Shown here: one piece after another, positions 1 through 9,400 of the stretch
Layout of the letters: each line of letters opens with the position of its first letter
Numbering within the stretch: the first letter of the stretch is position 1
DNA from: Candidatus Iainarchaeum sp.
GTDB taxonomy: Archaea; Iainarchaeota; Iainarchaeia; Iainarchaeales; DTGL01
Direction of reading: 5' to 3'
Assembly (NCBI GenBank): GCA_038886995.1
Contig: JAWALG010000028.1
Location: 1-12,498, forward strand
Length of the DNA stretch: 12,498 nucleotides
The notes under the pieces: generated by a model
The model's database searches: none
What the model was told of the DNA's origin: nothing
What the model saw: the letters and a program-made list of their open reading frames with translations, nothing else
Made by a program: the position numbers and the translations under genes

Positions 1-1626
1 AAAGTATGGTTTCAGACCGGCAAGAACTGAAACTTTGCCAACACCATTTAGGTCTGTTTTAGTTTCCCCAACAACATTGCCTGACATGGAGTCATATGCT
101 GTAATATTTACTGATTGCAACCGCTCATCATTTTCTCCATAAACAGTAAACTCAAAGTGTGCCTTTGGAATCTCTATTTTAATTACAACCTCAATCGGCT
201 TCTGCATTCCTGCCTTTGCCTCAAACATTCCACTGGATACTGGCGGGTAGTTTGCAAATGACGCCTTTGCATAGTAAATTCCTTCAGGCAGGTTGTAGAA
301 CTCACATTTGCCATCAGCACCTGTTGAGCATTGAAGGCCTGTTGATTCATTGCTCTTTTTGAATATCTCCACCTTTGCTTTTTCAAGTGGCTTTTCCTCA
401 GAATCCTTAACATAAACAAATAATGTTGTGCACTTATTCAGCTTTGATTCGTCGTATGTTATGTCATAAAATGATTCGCTAGGCCTTACCTTGAAATTTT
501 CTACCCATTCGCCAACTTTTACTATTAGATTGTAGTTCTTGTCTTCATCAACCCTAAATGTGTATTCCCCTTTGTCGTCAGCATATCTGCTTTGCACTAT
601 AACATTGTTTGCAAGGTCCCTAAGCTCGAGCATTGCCTTAACTGGCTGGCCTTTTGTATCAGACACACGCACCTTTATATTGTAAACCTTCTCGGCTGGT
701 TGTAAACTTACCTCAAATATTACTTGGCCAGCACCTTTTAGTTCTTTATACTCGCTTATTGTGCTCTTGTATTTTCCCGGCCCAGAGACGCTTATAGCAT
801 ATTTGCCTGGATCGACATCAGTAAAGCTAACGGAGCCAGCAGCGCTGCTTGGCAGAGGGCCTTCGATTGTTATTCCAAATTCGTTTATAAGCGAAACACT
901 TACTTCGCCAGCGCCGACAGCAAGACCAGTATCTGCACTTTTTATTACTGCAAGAATGCTGCCTTTTGTTGCAACGCTTTTAACCCTAACCTCAAAAGGC
1001 CTTGAGCTTATATCTGTTGTTGTGTATATGTCGCTGCCTACACGCAAGGTTAATGTTCCGCAATCGCTTGGTATTTTCTCAAGCGTTGCTTCACCACCAG
1101 AAGCAATGAGGTTTTTGTTCCACTCTGCTTTTGAGCAGTACGCAGAGAAATCTTTTACTTCGGTTGCTTTTTCTGATGTTTCGCCTTTGAGGAATATTAC
1201 CTTCTTATCAGCATAAGTAACAATTTCAATTGGCAGCACTATCTTTTCTTCTTTGTCACTCTCAAGCGACATTTTAAGTGAAGCTGATTTGTCTTGGTAT
1301 GTTGCTATTACAGTGAATTCCTTTTTTGCAGGTATGTCAAATGAGGCCTTGCCTCTTGAATCTGTTTTCTTATTTTTCTCTTCAAAGAATTGGCTTTTAA
1401 TTTTTACATCAGCATTGCTTATCGGCTGATTTTGCCTGTCCAAAACGGTTATATCGAGGGAGTAATATACTTCTTCTGCAGGCCAAAAAGTACTTATTAG
1501 GAAATAGGCAATTGCTGCCAACAACAAGAAAACTAACAGAAAAAATACTGGCAAAGGGATGCTATGCTCCTCGAGCCAAAACTTAAAATTCTCCCACTTC
1601 TCTTTTATGTTCTCAGTAAAGGACAT
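1..1626 (-). CDS. Large membrane-anchored surface protein with carboxypeptidase regulatory-like beta-sandwich repeats; partial (3' end runs off the window); paralog of the 2698-aa protein
   Basis: Not in the ORF track because it has no stop in the window. Hand translation from ATG at 1626 gives 542 uninterrupted codons: MSFTENIKEKWENFKFWLEEHSIPLPVFFLLVFLLLAAIAYFLISTFWP (one TM helix), then about six repeats opening with motifs such as LDITVLDRQNQPISNADVKI, IKVRVSDTKGQPVKAMLEL, LFVYVKDSEEKPLEKAKVEIF and FEFTVYGENDERLQSVNITAY, with T-D-x-x-G turns (TDSRG, TDLNG) and FTDVDPGKY / FYNLPEGIY, typical of CarboxypepD_reg/CnaB-like folds. It ends ...VSVLAGLKPYF at the window edge. Confidence 0.9.
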   Translation of the reverse strand, partial: MSFTENIKEKWENFKFWLEEHSIPLPVFFLLVFLLLAAIAYFLISTFWPAEEVYYSLDITVLDRQNQPISNADVKIKSQFFEEKNKKTDSRGKASFDIPAKKEFTVIATYQDKSASLKMSLESDKEEKIVLPIEIVTYADKKVIFLKGETSEKATEVKDFSAYCSKAEWNKNLIASGGEATLEKIPSDCGTLTLRVGSDIYTTTDISSRPFEVRVKSVATKGSILAVIKSADTGLAVGAGEVSVSLINEFGITIEGPLPSSAAGSVSFTDVDPGKYAISVSGPGKYKSTISEYKELKGAGQVIFEVSLQPAEKVYNIKVRVSDTKGQPVKAMLELRDLANNVIVQSRYADDKGEYTFRVDEDKNYNLIVKVGEWVENFKVRPSESFYDITYDESKLNKCTTLFVYVKDSEEKPLEKAKVEIFKKSNESTGLQCSTGADGKCEFYNLPEGIYYAKASFANYPPVSSGMFEAKAGMQKPIEVVIKIEIPKAHFEFTVYGENDERLQSVNITAYDSMSGNVVGETKTDLNGVGKVSVLAGLKPYF

Positions 1627-1662
1627 TTAAACCAACTGCCTCTATTAAAGGCCTTTTTTTGG

Positions 1663-1680
1663 TATTTATATAGTTATTTG
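1663..1680 (-). promoter_or_regulatory. Putative archaeal promoter (TATA box with A-rich upstream BRE-like segment) for the gene starting at 1626
   Basis: Minus strand reads caaataac-TATATAAATA (TATA-like element 1672-1663), about 37-46 nt upstream of the ATG, inside a 101-nt AT-rich intergenic gap (1627-1727). A weak AGAGG ribosome-binding-like motif lies between it and the ATG. Confidence 0.5.
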
Positions 1681-1727
1681 TAATTTATTAATCTTATCTT
1701 TAATTCAAAATACCTCTAATATTGTGA

Positions 1728-3419
1728 TTAAGGTACTTTAGGATAACAGCCATATACCTTTCCTTGATACTCATATGTTTGGCAAGTCCATTGGTCAGGA
1801 TTGCAGCTTTGTAGTGTTGGTTGGTGCTCTAGGGCACAACCAAGAGTGCCAAGAACTGAGCCAGAATTGTAGTTTGGGTTAAATGGTGTGTAGCTCATAT
1901 CAGGAATCTGGAACATAAACCTAACATTCCTGTTCTTGTTTACCTTATAGTTGGCATCGCCTTCTATAAAAGTCACAAAAAATGTAACTTCCGCAATCTC
2001 AGCACAACAGCTCCAGTTTTGGACTCCACAAAACCTTAACTTTTGTTCAAGGCCCGGTGCAGCAGCCATTAGAGCTGTGCAAACATCTTGCTGCACACTG
2101 ACTGTTTTTTCTGAAGGCCATTTTATTTTACTGCCCTCAAGATAATAGCCCAAATTTCGGTTTTGTGGTAGGTTGAAGTTGAAAGGGCATGCGCTAGGGT
2201 TGTTGGGCTCTTGCGGTGGCGCTATCCCTGGCAATGTAAGCCCAGGTGCAGAGAATTCTACTCTTTTTGCAGAAGTAGCGGTTGCATAAACCCTGTCAAA
2301 TGTTACATAGCAATCAACCCCTTCGACAGAAGGCCCTTTTGCGACAGTAAATTTTGCTGTGCTTAAAGGTGCAATATGCTGTGCTGAGAGATCACAGATG
2401 CGCATCTTTACAAGTTTTTCAAGTGATTCTCTTAAGTCCGCGCCATCTGAAGGGTTGTAAACAAAGGAATGGCCCCTAAAAGTGCCCGATACTTTATCCA
2501 GCTGGTTGCTGCCTGAATTTGGGCAACCTTTGTCATCAATAAACCTTGCAGTGGGCGGGAAATAAGGGTTCTCTCTGGGTTTGCAGTAACCATAGTCACA
2601 AATTCCTAATGCCATGGAATCAATTTCATTGTGTATTCTCGGAGACAAGTAGCCGTAGTCATTAGAGGAATTAACATTAGTAAGGTCAGTATGCATCAGA
2701 TACCTTGTGTACGCCATTGCCTTAAACAGCCTTGAAGGAACATACATCTTTAAGTCAGCTTTTGGTAATACGATCTCGCGTATCTCTTTTTTAGTTACCA
2801 GATCCTGGACAACAATCCTTGGCAAACTTTCATATTTTTCATTGCTAAGCTTTGTTATCCTGAGGTTAATATAAAAGCTGCCTATTGGACAACCCTGCGG
2901 CGTTCCGTCGCATTGAATTACCTCAATGAAATCCTCTTCTTCAGCTGAGACGAGTATCAGCTCAAGTATTGCCTCCTTTAATTTTTCTTCATCTCCAACA
3001 ACTTCGACTTTGTAACGCGCCTCATAAGTTAGCGTTTCCCTATAACCTCTTATCATCTCAGGCATGCTGTTAGCAATTTGTGATGCAAACATTGGCGAGC
3101 CACTGCGCCCGAAATAACCATGTATGAAATACTTTATTAGTGCATTCCAGTCCTCCCAAACAGAGAGGTCTTCTATTGGTATTGGGTTCATGCTTGTGTA
3201 ATACTCTATTTCTTCCCTAACATAATGGTTGAAGGAATTGAGAACATCAGTGCGCATAGTCCTAACAACTGCTTCGAGCCTGGCATCAGTTGTGGCATTT
3301 TCAACAAAGGTGTTTGCATTTCTTTCGCTTTGTATCATTATCAGAACAAGCATAGAACTTGTTACAACAATTATCATTGCAAGCAGCGCTGTGAAAAGAT
3401 TAAAGCCACGGTGCTGCAT
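1728..3419 (-). CDS. Cys-rich exported protein with class III (type IV pilin/archaellin-like) signal peptide; putative minor pilin/adhesin
   Basis: 563-aa ORF. N-terminus MQHRG|FNLFTALLAMIIVVTSSMLVLIMIQ has a short leader ending in R-G, then Phe and a ~22-aa hydrophobic helix. 16 Cys counted, most in the C-terminal half. Starts 4 nt after the stop of the giant gene and has a GAGGT RBS-like motif. The CDS is secure; the function is inferred. Confidence 0.75.
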   Translation of the reverse strand: MQHRGFNLFTALLAMIIVVTSSMLVLIMIQSERNANTFVENATTDARLEAVVRTMRTDVLNSFNHYVREEIEYYTSMNPIPIEDLSVWEDWNALIKYFIHGYFGRSGSPMFASQIANSMPEMIRGYRETLTYEARYKVEVVGDEEKLKEAILELILVSAEEEDFIEVIQCDGTPQGCPIGSFYINLRITKLSNEKYESLPRIVVQDLVTKKEIREIVLPKADLKMYVPSRLFKAMAYTRYLMHTDLTNVNSSNDYGYLSPRIHNEIDSMALGICDYGYCKPRENPYFPPTARFIDDKGCPNSGSNQLDKVSGTFRGHSFVYNPSDGADLRESLEKLVKMRICDLSAQHIAPLSTAKFTVAKGPSVEGVDCYVTFDRVYATATSAKRVEFSAPGLTLPGIAPPQEPNNPSACPFNFNLPQNRNLGYYLEGSKIKWPSEKTVSVQQDVCTALMAAAPGLEQKLRFCGVQNWSCCAEIAEVTFFVTFIEGDANYKVNKNRNVRFMFQIPDMSYTPFNPNYNSGSVLGTLGCALEHQPTLQSCNPDQWTCQTYEYQGKVYGCYPKVP

Positions 3420-3423
3420 AAAA

Positions 3424-6400
3424 TTACCTCTGCTCGGCTTTACATGTGTCGTACGTCTGCCATATCCTGTACTTTACCTCAACATCCATAGCATAGGTTC
3501 TTGCTTTGTCAGCAGACCTTTCTTTGCTTAGAACTTCAAAGGCAGACCTTATATTGTCCTGGTTTGCAGCTAACTTTTCACTTATGTGCATTGCGACGCA
3601 ATTTATTGTAAGCTTTATTTCCCCTTCTTCACTTTCATACCATTTTTGGTTCACAGGACATGGCTCAAAGTTCTCAAACCTTGTTGTAAGGGCAGCCATT
3701 ATTAGGGCTTCTTGCAAATTGAATTGGATTGATGCTTCTCTTATAAAACCGCTGTTTTTGTAGTATGCAACAACATCTTCTGGTTTTATGTAATCGCCTA
3801 CCTTGGGAGCCAAGCAGCCAACCATCTCAGAAAGCCCTTTTTCGCGGTATTCTTTGCAATCCTCACGCCACAATGCAGAAGGATTTTTGCTTATAGTGCT
3901 GCGCATCTCCTCTATTTCTTCAGGAGTATCTACCAATTCAAGGTTATAACTTGTGTTCCCATAGTCGTCCCTGCTTATTGTTATCTTGTAGGTTCTATTC
4001 TTGAGCAACTTTGGCCCAGTATAGCCACTTATAAGCTTTGAAGGATCTCCTATGCTAACACCCGCTTCAGGTATGTACCCTTTATCCATGAGGTCCTCAA
4101 TGCCTCCTTTTACATATGCGCTGTATGCAGCATAGCCAGCAGCATTGGAGGCCGCGCCGCACGCAATGCTTTTAGCCAACCTTGCCCAAAAAGTCCTTGT
4201 TTTAAGTGCGCTTAGCATTCTCTTAAATGCACCCGGCTGCTGTGTCTGTTTCATCACATCATCAGCGTTGCTAAGCACGTTTTCACCGTATCTTTGCATC
4301 AGGTTATTGCCTTGGTCCATCTTTACTCTTTCAAGTGCTTTATTTATGTATATATCCAAATTATCTGGGCTTAAACTGTCAGGTCCAACTGCCCTTTTTA
4401 CTGAAGCTTCTACGCCTTCACGCATACCTTTAGTGAATCTAACACCATATGTCTTATATCCTGCCTCTTCTATTTTATCAGCAATTGCACTTGCAAGTTT
4501 CTCTGGATCTACCTTGTATGATGAACGGAACATTGCTTTTATTTCATCGACATTAATATTCTTTGCGAAAAAGTCATCTGTTTGGCTTGCTATTAGTTTT
4601 TCTATTCCGGAACCTGGCTTCATGCCTTTGCTATAGACGATAGTTTTTATTGACTCGTCAGATGTTGCTTTCTGCCACATGCTTTTCACTACTGAGCCAT
4701 CCTTAATAACCTCCCCCAACGCTTTTGTCCCTTGTTCTTTGGCTTTCTCCTCTAATGTGCTTGCAATGCTTCTCTTCAAGGATTGTTGCAGTGTTGGAGT
4801 TAACGCATTGACAAATTCATCTGATGCTGATTGTGAAACATTAACAAGGTATTTGGAAGTGAAGCTCTTTGTTGCTTGCTGGGACATTTCCTCGGCAATG
4901 CTGTCAATTAAACCAAGCCTACTTACTCTATCCATTGGTAGTTTAGACCAACCTTTGGAAAAAACATAAGAACGCAATTCTGTTGCAAGCCAGTCTGCTT
5001 CAAAGCCAAGTATTGCTGCAGGCACTGCATTGTCCCAGTATTCATCCATTGCTTGGCCATAAAGGCCTGCTTCGGTGTTTGGTGTTGCCTTTCCACTGCT
5101 CCAGGGCGCATAGAACCAGCGCAAGTTTGATTTAACAGTTTCCCAAGCATCACCTAAAGCTTTATAGAATCCTTGCCCTGCTTTTGTCGTGCCAAGTAGG
5201 CCGCCAGCTGTGGCAGGCAGGCAATCAATCACGGCATTTATAAAGGCCTTGAGTCCTAAAGGATCTAAACCTGTAACTACATGACAAATAAATGAAGTAA
5301 GTAAGCAAGCACCGAAGTAAAGCCCATATCCTTTCCTTTTAAGGTCAAGTATCTTCTGGCCTATTGGGGAATCATCTATTCGGCCGCCTTTGCCAACCTC
5401 ATCCATAAGCTCTTGTGCTTTCTTAAGTCTGTCGCTCGCAGTCAAGCCTCTTGTTGCAGCAGCGAAATCAATCTCATTTGGCTCTCCTTTCCACCCAACA
5501 GTAGCATAGAAAACCTTGCTCTTTCCAGGTTCTACTTTTTCATTCGACATCTTTTGTATTAGCTTATACGGGTGTATTCCGCAGATTTCAAGTGTAACTT
5601 CCTTCCATGAGCGCATTTCTTTAGTCGCAAAGATAACACTCCTGGCTTTAACACCAATCTTCTTGCCTGCTGCAAGCTCAAAGTAAGTATCATTAGCTCT
5701 TACGCACAGCTTGAAGCTTTTCTTGAACTTTTTGCTTTCTTCGCTTTCTTTTTCAAGGGAAATTGCAGTTCCTTCTTGGTTTTCAGAATACTCCAAAATC
5801 CTTTTACCATCAACTTCAATCCAAACTTCTTGGATGCCCGCTTTTTCATTTTCGCTCATCGAAGCAAAGCTTGTTTTGAGTACCACTGGTTCAAGTGTTG
5901 TGCTGACTACATTCATGTCAACGCACATGGGCATTCCATAATAAAGCTCAATCGTATCTGATGCTTTTTCAATGTCAAGGTCGCCGGTATGCTCAAGCTT
6001 TGATATTATGAGCGCAGATTCATCCTTTGTTATGCAGCCCTCAATTGTAAATGAACCTTCCATCAGCTGCTTAAGCGCTTCAGATGCCTTTGCAATCATC
6101 TCATCTTGCATCTTCTCATCAAGCGTTACATAAAGCTTGTTGAGGGTAACACCCAAGACAGCTGGCTGTGCTTGCTGCTGTGATACCTGGTTCATTGAAA
6201 TCTTGGCAATCCCGCTTTCAGGAATCTCGCCAAGAATTACTTTAAGCTTGTTTGTATGGTATGCTACATTAACACGCCTCTTATCATCAAAGAGCTTCTG
6301 TGAAAAGACCTCGGCTGCCTTGCGCATCGCATCTGTGCCCTCAGTTGTTCCTAGCCATGTGTTGTAGTGCTTATCAGCTGTAAGCCCACGGTCAAGTGGC

Positions 6401-9400
6401 AGGAAATTTGCAATGTTCTGTATACGCATCATGCACTCAGGTGTAACCTTCCTATCTTCAACAACCTTCACAAGTATAAAGTAATTCTCTCTAGATAATC
6501 GCCCTTGGACATTTTGCACGGCGCCCTGTACCGATAATTTATAACGACCACAGCCAACCAATGGCTTTGTCATGAATATCTTGCTTGTTGTAAAACCAGT
6601 GGCACTCTTTACTATATCGCTAACATCGCCTTGGAAGTATTCTGTTATAAATGTTGAAAACTCCTTGGAACTTTCAACCCTTCTTTGCAGAACTTCTTTT
6701 CCAAGAGAATCATTTCTCATATAAACAGTGTAAACCTCTGGCACTATGCCCATTGCAGAAAAGCTGCAAAAGCCCTCCGTTTGGCTGCACATTGCGTAGC
6801 TGCTTACTAAATCATTCTGCTGCAGCACTTTGTCAACTTTTTGCATCACACCTTTGATCCGCTCGACAATATAACCAGAGAGCTGCATTGCATCACAGTA
6901 TCCAGACTCACAGCCAATGTCTGCGCTCATTACAGGGAACTGTACTGATTTTGTAACAGATGGTGGCTCTCCGCATACAGGTAGTTGCACTTCTTTATAT
7001 GCTGGGCCACCTGATACATCTGGCTTCTTTCCCACTTCAACAAGCACCGGCAAAGGATTAGAGTCAACGAATTTTTGGCTATTCACAAGGAATCCACTAA
7101 CGGTTATGTTGTCTGGCCTTTGTGCATTAAAGTAGTCACCGCGTTTGCTGAGCAAAATCTGCGCTTGAGCGCTTTCGTCAGGATACAAGAATTCTTTATC
7201 GCCGAGTAGCGTTATGCCCAAGGTATTGTTTCCGAGGTTTTGTGGTTTCAAGAGGAAGTTCCTAATAACCTCGCCGCACTCATTCTTTATATTTATTTTT
7301 TTAGAGATCACGCCTTGTGAAGAGTCCTCACTTGAAAAGTAAAGCTCATCAACAGGGGAAATCTTTATGCATTGTGCTGTTGAAACGAAAACCCATATTG
7401 AAACAACCTTCTGGAATTGCTTTCCATCAACAGTGCCTGTAAGTACTATCTCACCTTTGTGTGGGCCTCTAGTGAGGTTTGCTGCATTACTAGTTGCCAA
7501 TATTGTTCTTGGCTCCATCTCTTCGCCTGGGGCGAGAGTAACAGCAAACTGTGTTCCAGTCATTGCTGGATTTCCTTGTATGTATGGTGTTGGAGGTGCT
7601 TGCACGAAGTTCTGCATTCCAGGCATCTGCAGGCCTGGAGTGCTTTGTGGCTGAGCCGGCGTGCTACTGCCAGCTGAAGTAATATAAACCTCAATCTGCT
7701 GCGGTGCCTTAACACTCCACCTTATATTTTCAATTACCTTTTTGCCAAAGTTCTTTGCAAACAAAGGTGCTGTTCCAGTAAATGAGCCCTTAGAGGTATC
7801 AAAGCTCATGAAAATAGGTATGTTGTCGTTTGTTTGCAAAGCGTAAGCAGGATCTGTGAATAAGATCCCTAAGCTAACACTCTTTGTAATCTCTGGTGCA
7901 TCAAGCAGTATGGTTGCTTCTACTTTTTGCTCAAAGACACCTACTCTTTCAGCATTGTTTGTTATTTTCAACTCAATTGTTTTTGTTTCGCCAGGTGCTA
8001 TTGTGAACGGCTGTGCTGTTAGCGTTATTTTATTGTCATCGCTTTTCATCTTTGGTGTAAATGTGAGCGGCTTGTTGCAAAAGGCCTCATTCTTGTAAGT
8101 TATTGTCAATGGCAAAACTTCAGTTGATCCGGAAATGCCTGAAAAGTGCATCTCTGCTTCACTTTTGTCAATCTCAATGCACTCAGGCGGGATCTCCTTA
8201 TTATAAGAAATTTTTATCCTGCTTTTTGCAGTAACCACTGGGTTCTCTGAGCCACTAACAGTTAACTCAAATTCAGCATATGCTCTTTTCTCAGGATCGC
8301 CTTTGTATGTAGCAACTACTTCAATATCAATAGACCTATTAATATCAATTTTTGCAGGCAAGGCCACAATTATGTTAAAATCGCCAGTGTCTCCAGTTAG
8401 ACCTTTTACCTCATACCCAAGCTTATCTATTACATCGAAAGAATTATTTGTTAGCTTTATCTTTGCGCTTCTTTGCTTTTCACCTTTGTTTAGCATTATC
8501 TCGAGCTGAGGTTCAATTGAGAGCATCTTTTCTGCTGAAATTACTAATGGGAATGTTGCTTCTTTATAGCCAGTTGCCTTTGCTGTCAACACATACTTTC
8601 CTGGGCTCAGCTTGTCAGTGCCTAGAGTGTATGAGCCATTTGCTCCGTTTTCGTTGGTATTGTTGCCAGCAGTGCTTAGAAGCACCTCTCCGTCTCTAGC
8701 AACAGAGACAAATGCATGTGTAATTGCCTCTTTTGTTTCCGCATCCCTGAGCGTAACCTTTAGCTTTTCGCCTGCTTTTATTTCTCCATTTTTATATATC
8801 TCAGCAATAATCTGCCTACTACCAGTTACATTGAAGCTTACCTTCTTTGAAGCATTGAGGTCTGCTGCTCTTACAAATGCCACAAGTGTTGCTGCTCCAG
8901 GCGCATTCCCTTTGAAATACGCTCTTACCGACTTTGGAGTGTTTCCATCTAACTTTAAGCTGCCTCGAAGTTCTGCTTTTGAAAATTCCGCCTTAGGGCT
9001 GAATGATAGCAAATCCTCACTAAGATCAGAAAGCATCACATTTGAATTTTCGCTTCTAACAGTGAGCTCGGCATTCATTCTTTTGTCAGATCGCACTGTA
9101 ATTTCAAGAGCATAAGGTTGGCCTTCTGCAGCTGAAAAGCCCTCCTCTTTAAGCTTCAGGTTATTTGAATCTATTATCGCTAACTCTAGACACAAATCTT
9201 GTGAGCATTCTGCCTTTCCTTCCAGTATGCGCACTCTTGCAACCTTTGTTTCTGCGTAAAGTGCCTGCTTAGCATTGCTCGTTTTTTCATTTTTAAGAGT
9301 GCTATCTTCAGGATCTCTAAACACATTTGCGCCTATTTCGCTCCACGCCCTATAATGCACTTCAAAGTCATTTTCCTTGCCTATGTTTTCTGTTTTTACC

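Noticed and set aside
183-419. 78-aa minus-strand ORF in the track
   Set aside because: It lies out of frame inside the 542-codon ORF (<1..1626), which is continuous, so it is neither a separate gene nor evidence of a frameshift.
1647-1660. 10-bp palindrome AAAGGCCTTT followed by a T-run, as a possible operator or terminator
   Set aside because: The T-run is on the plus strand, where no gene ends. The palindrome has no loop, and similar AAAGGCCTT strings occur inside coding regions (near 995 and 5243), so it is weak evidence.
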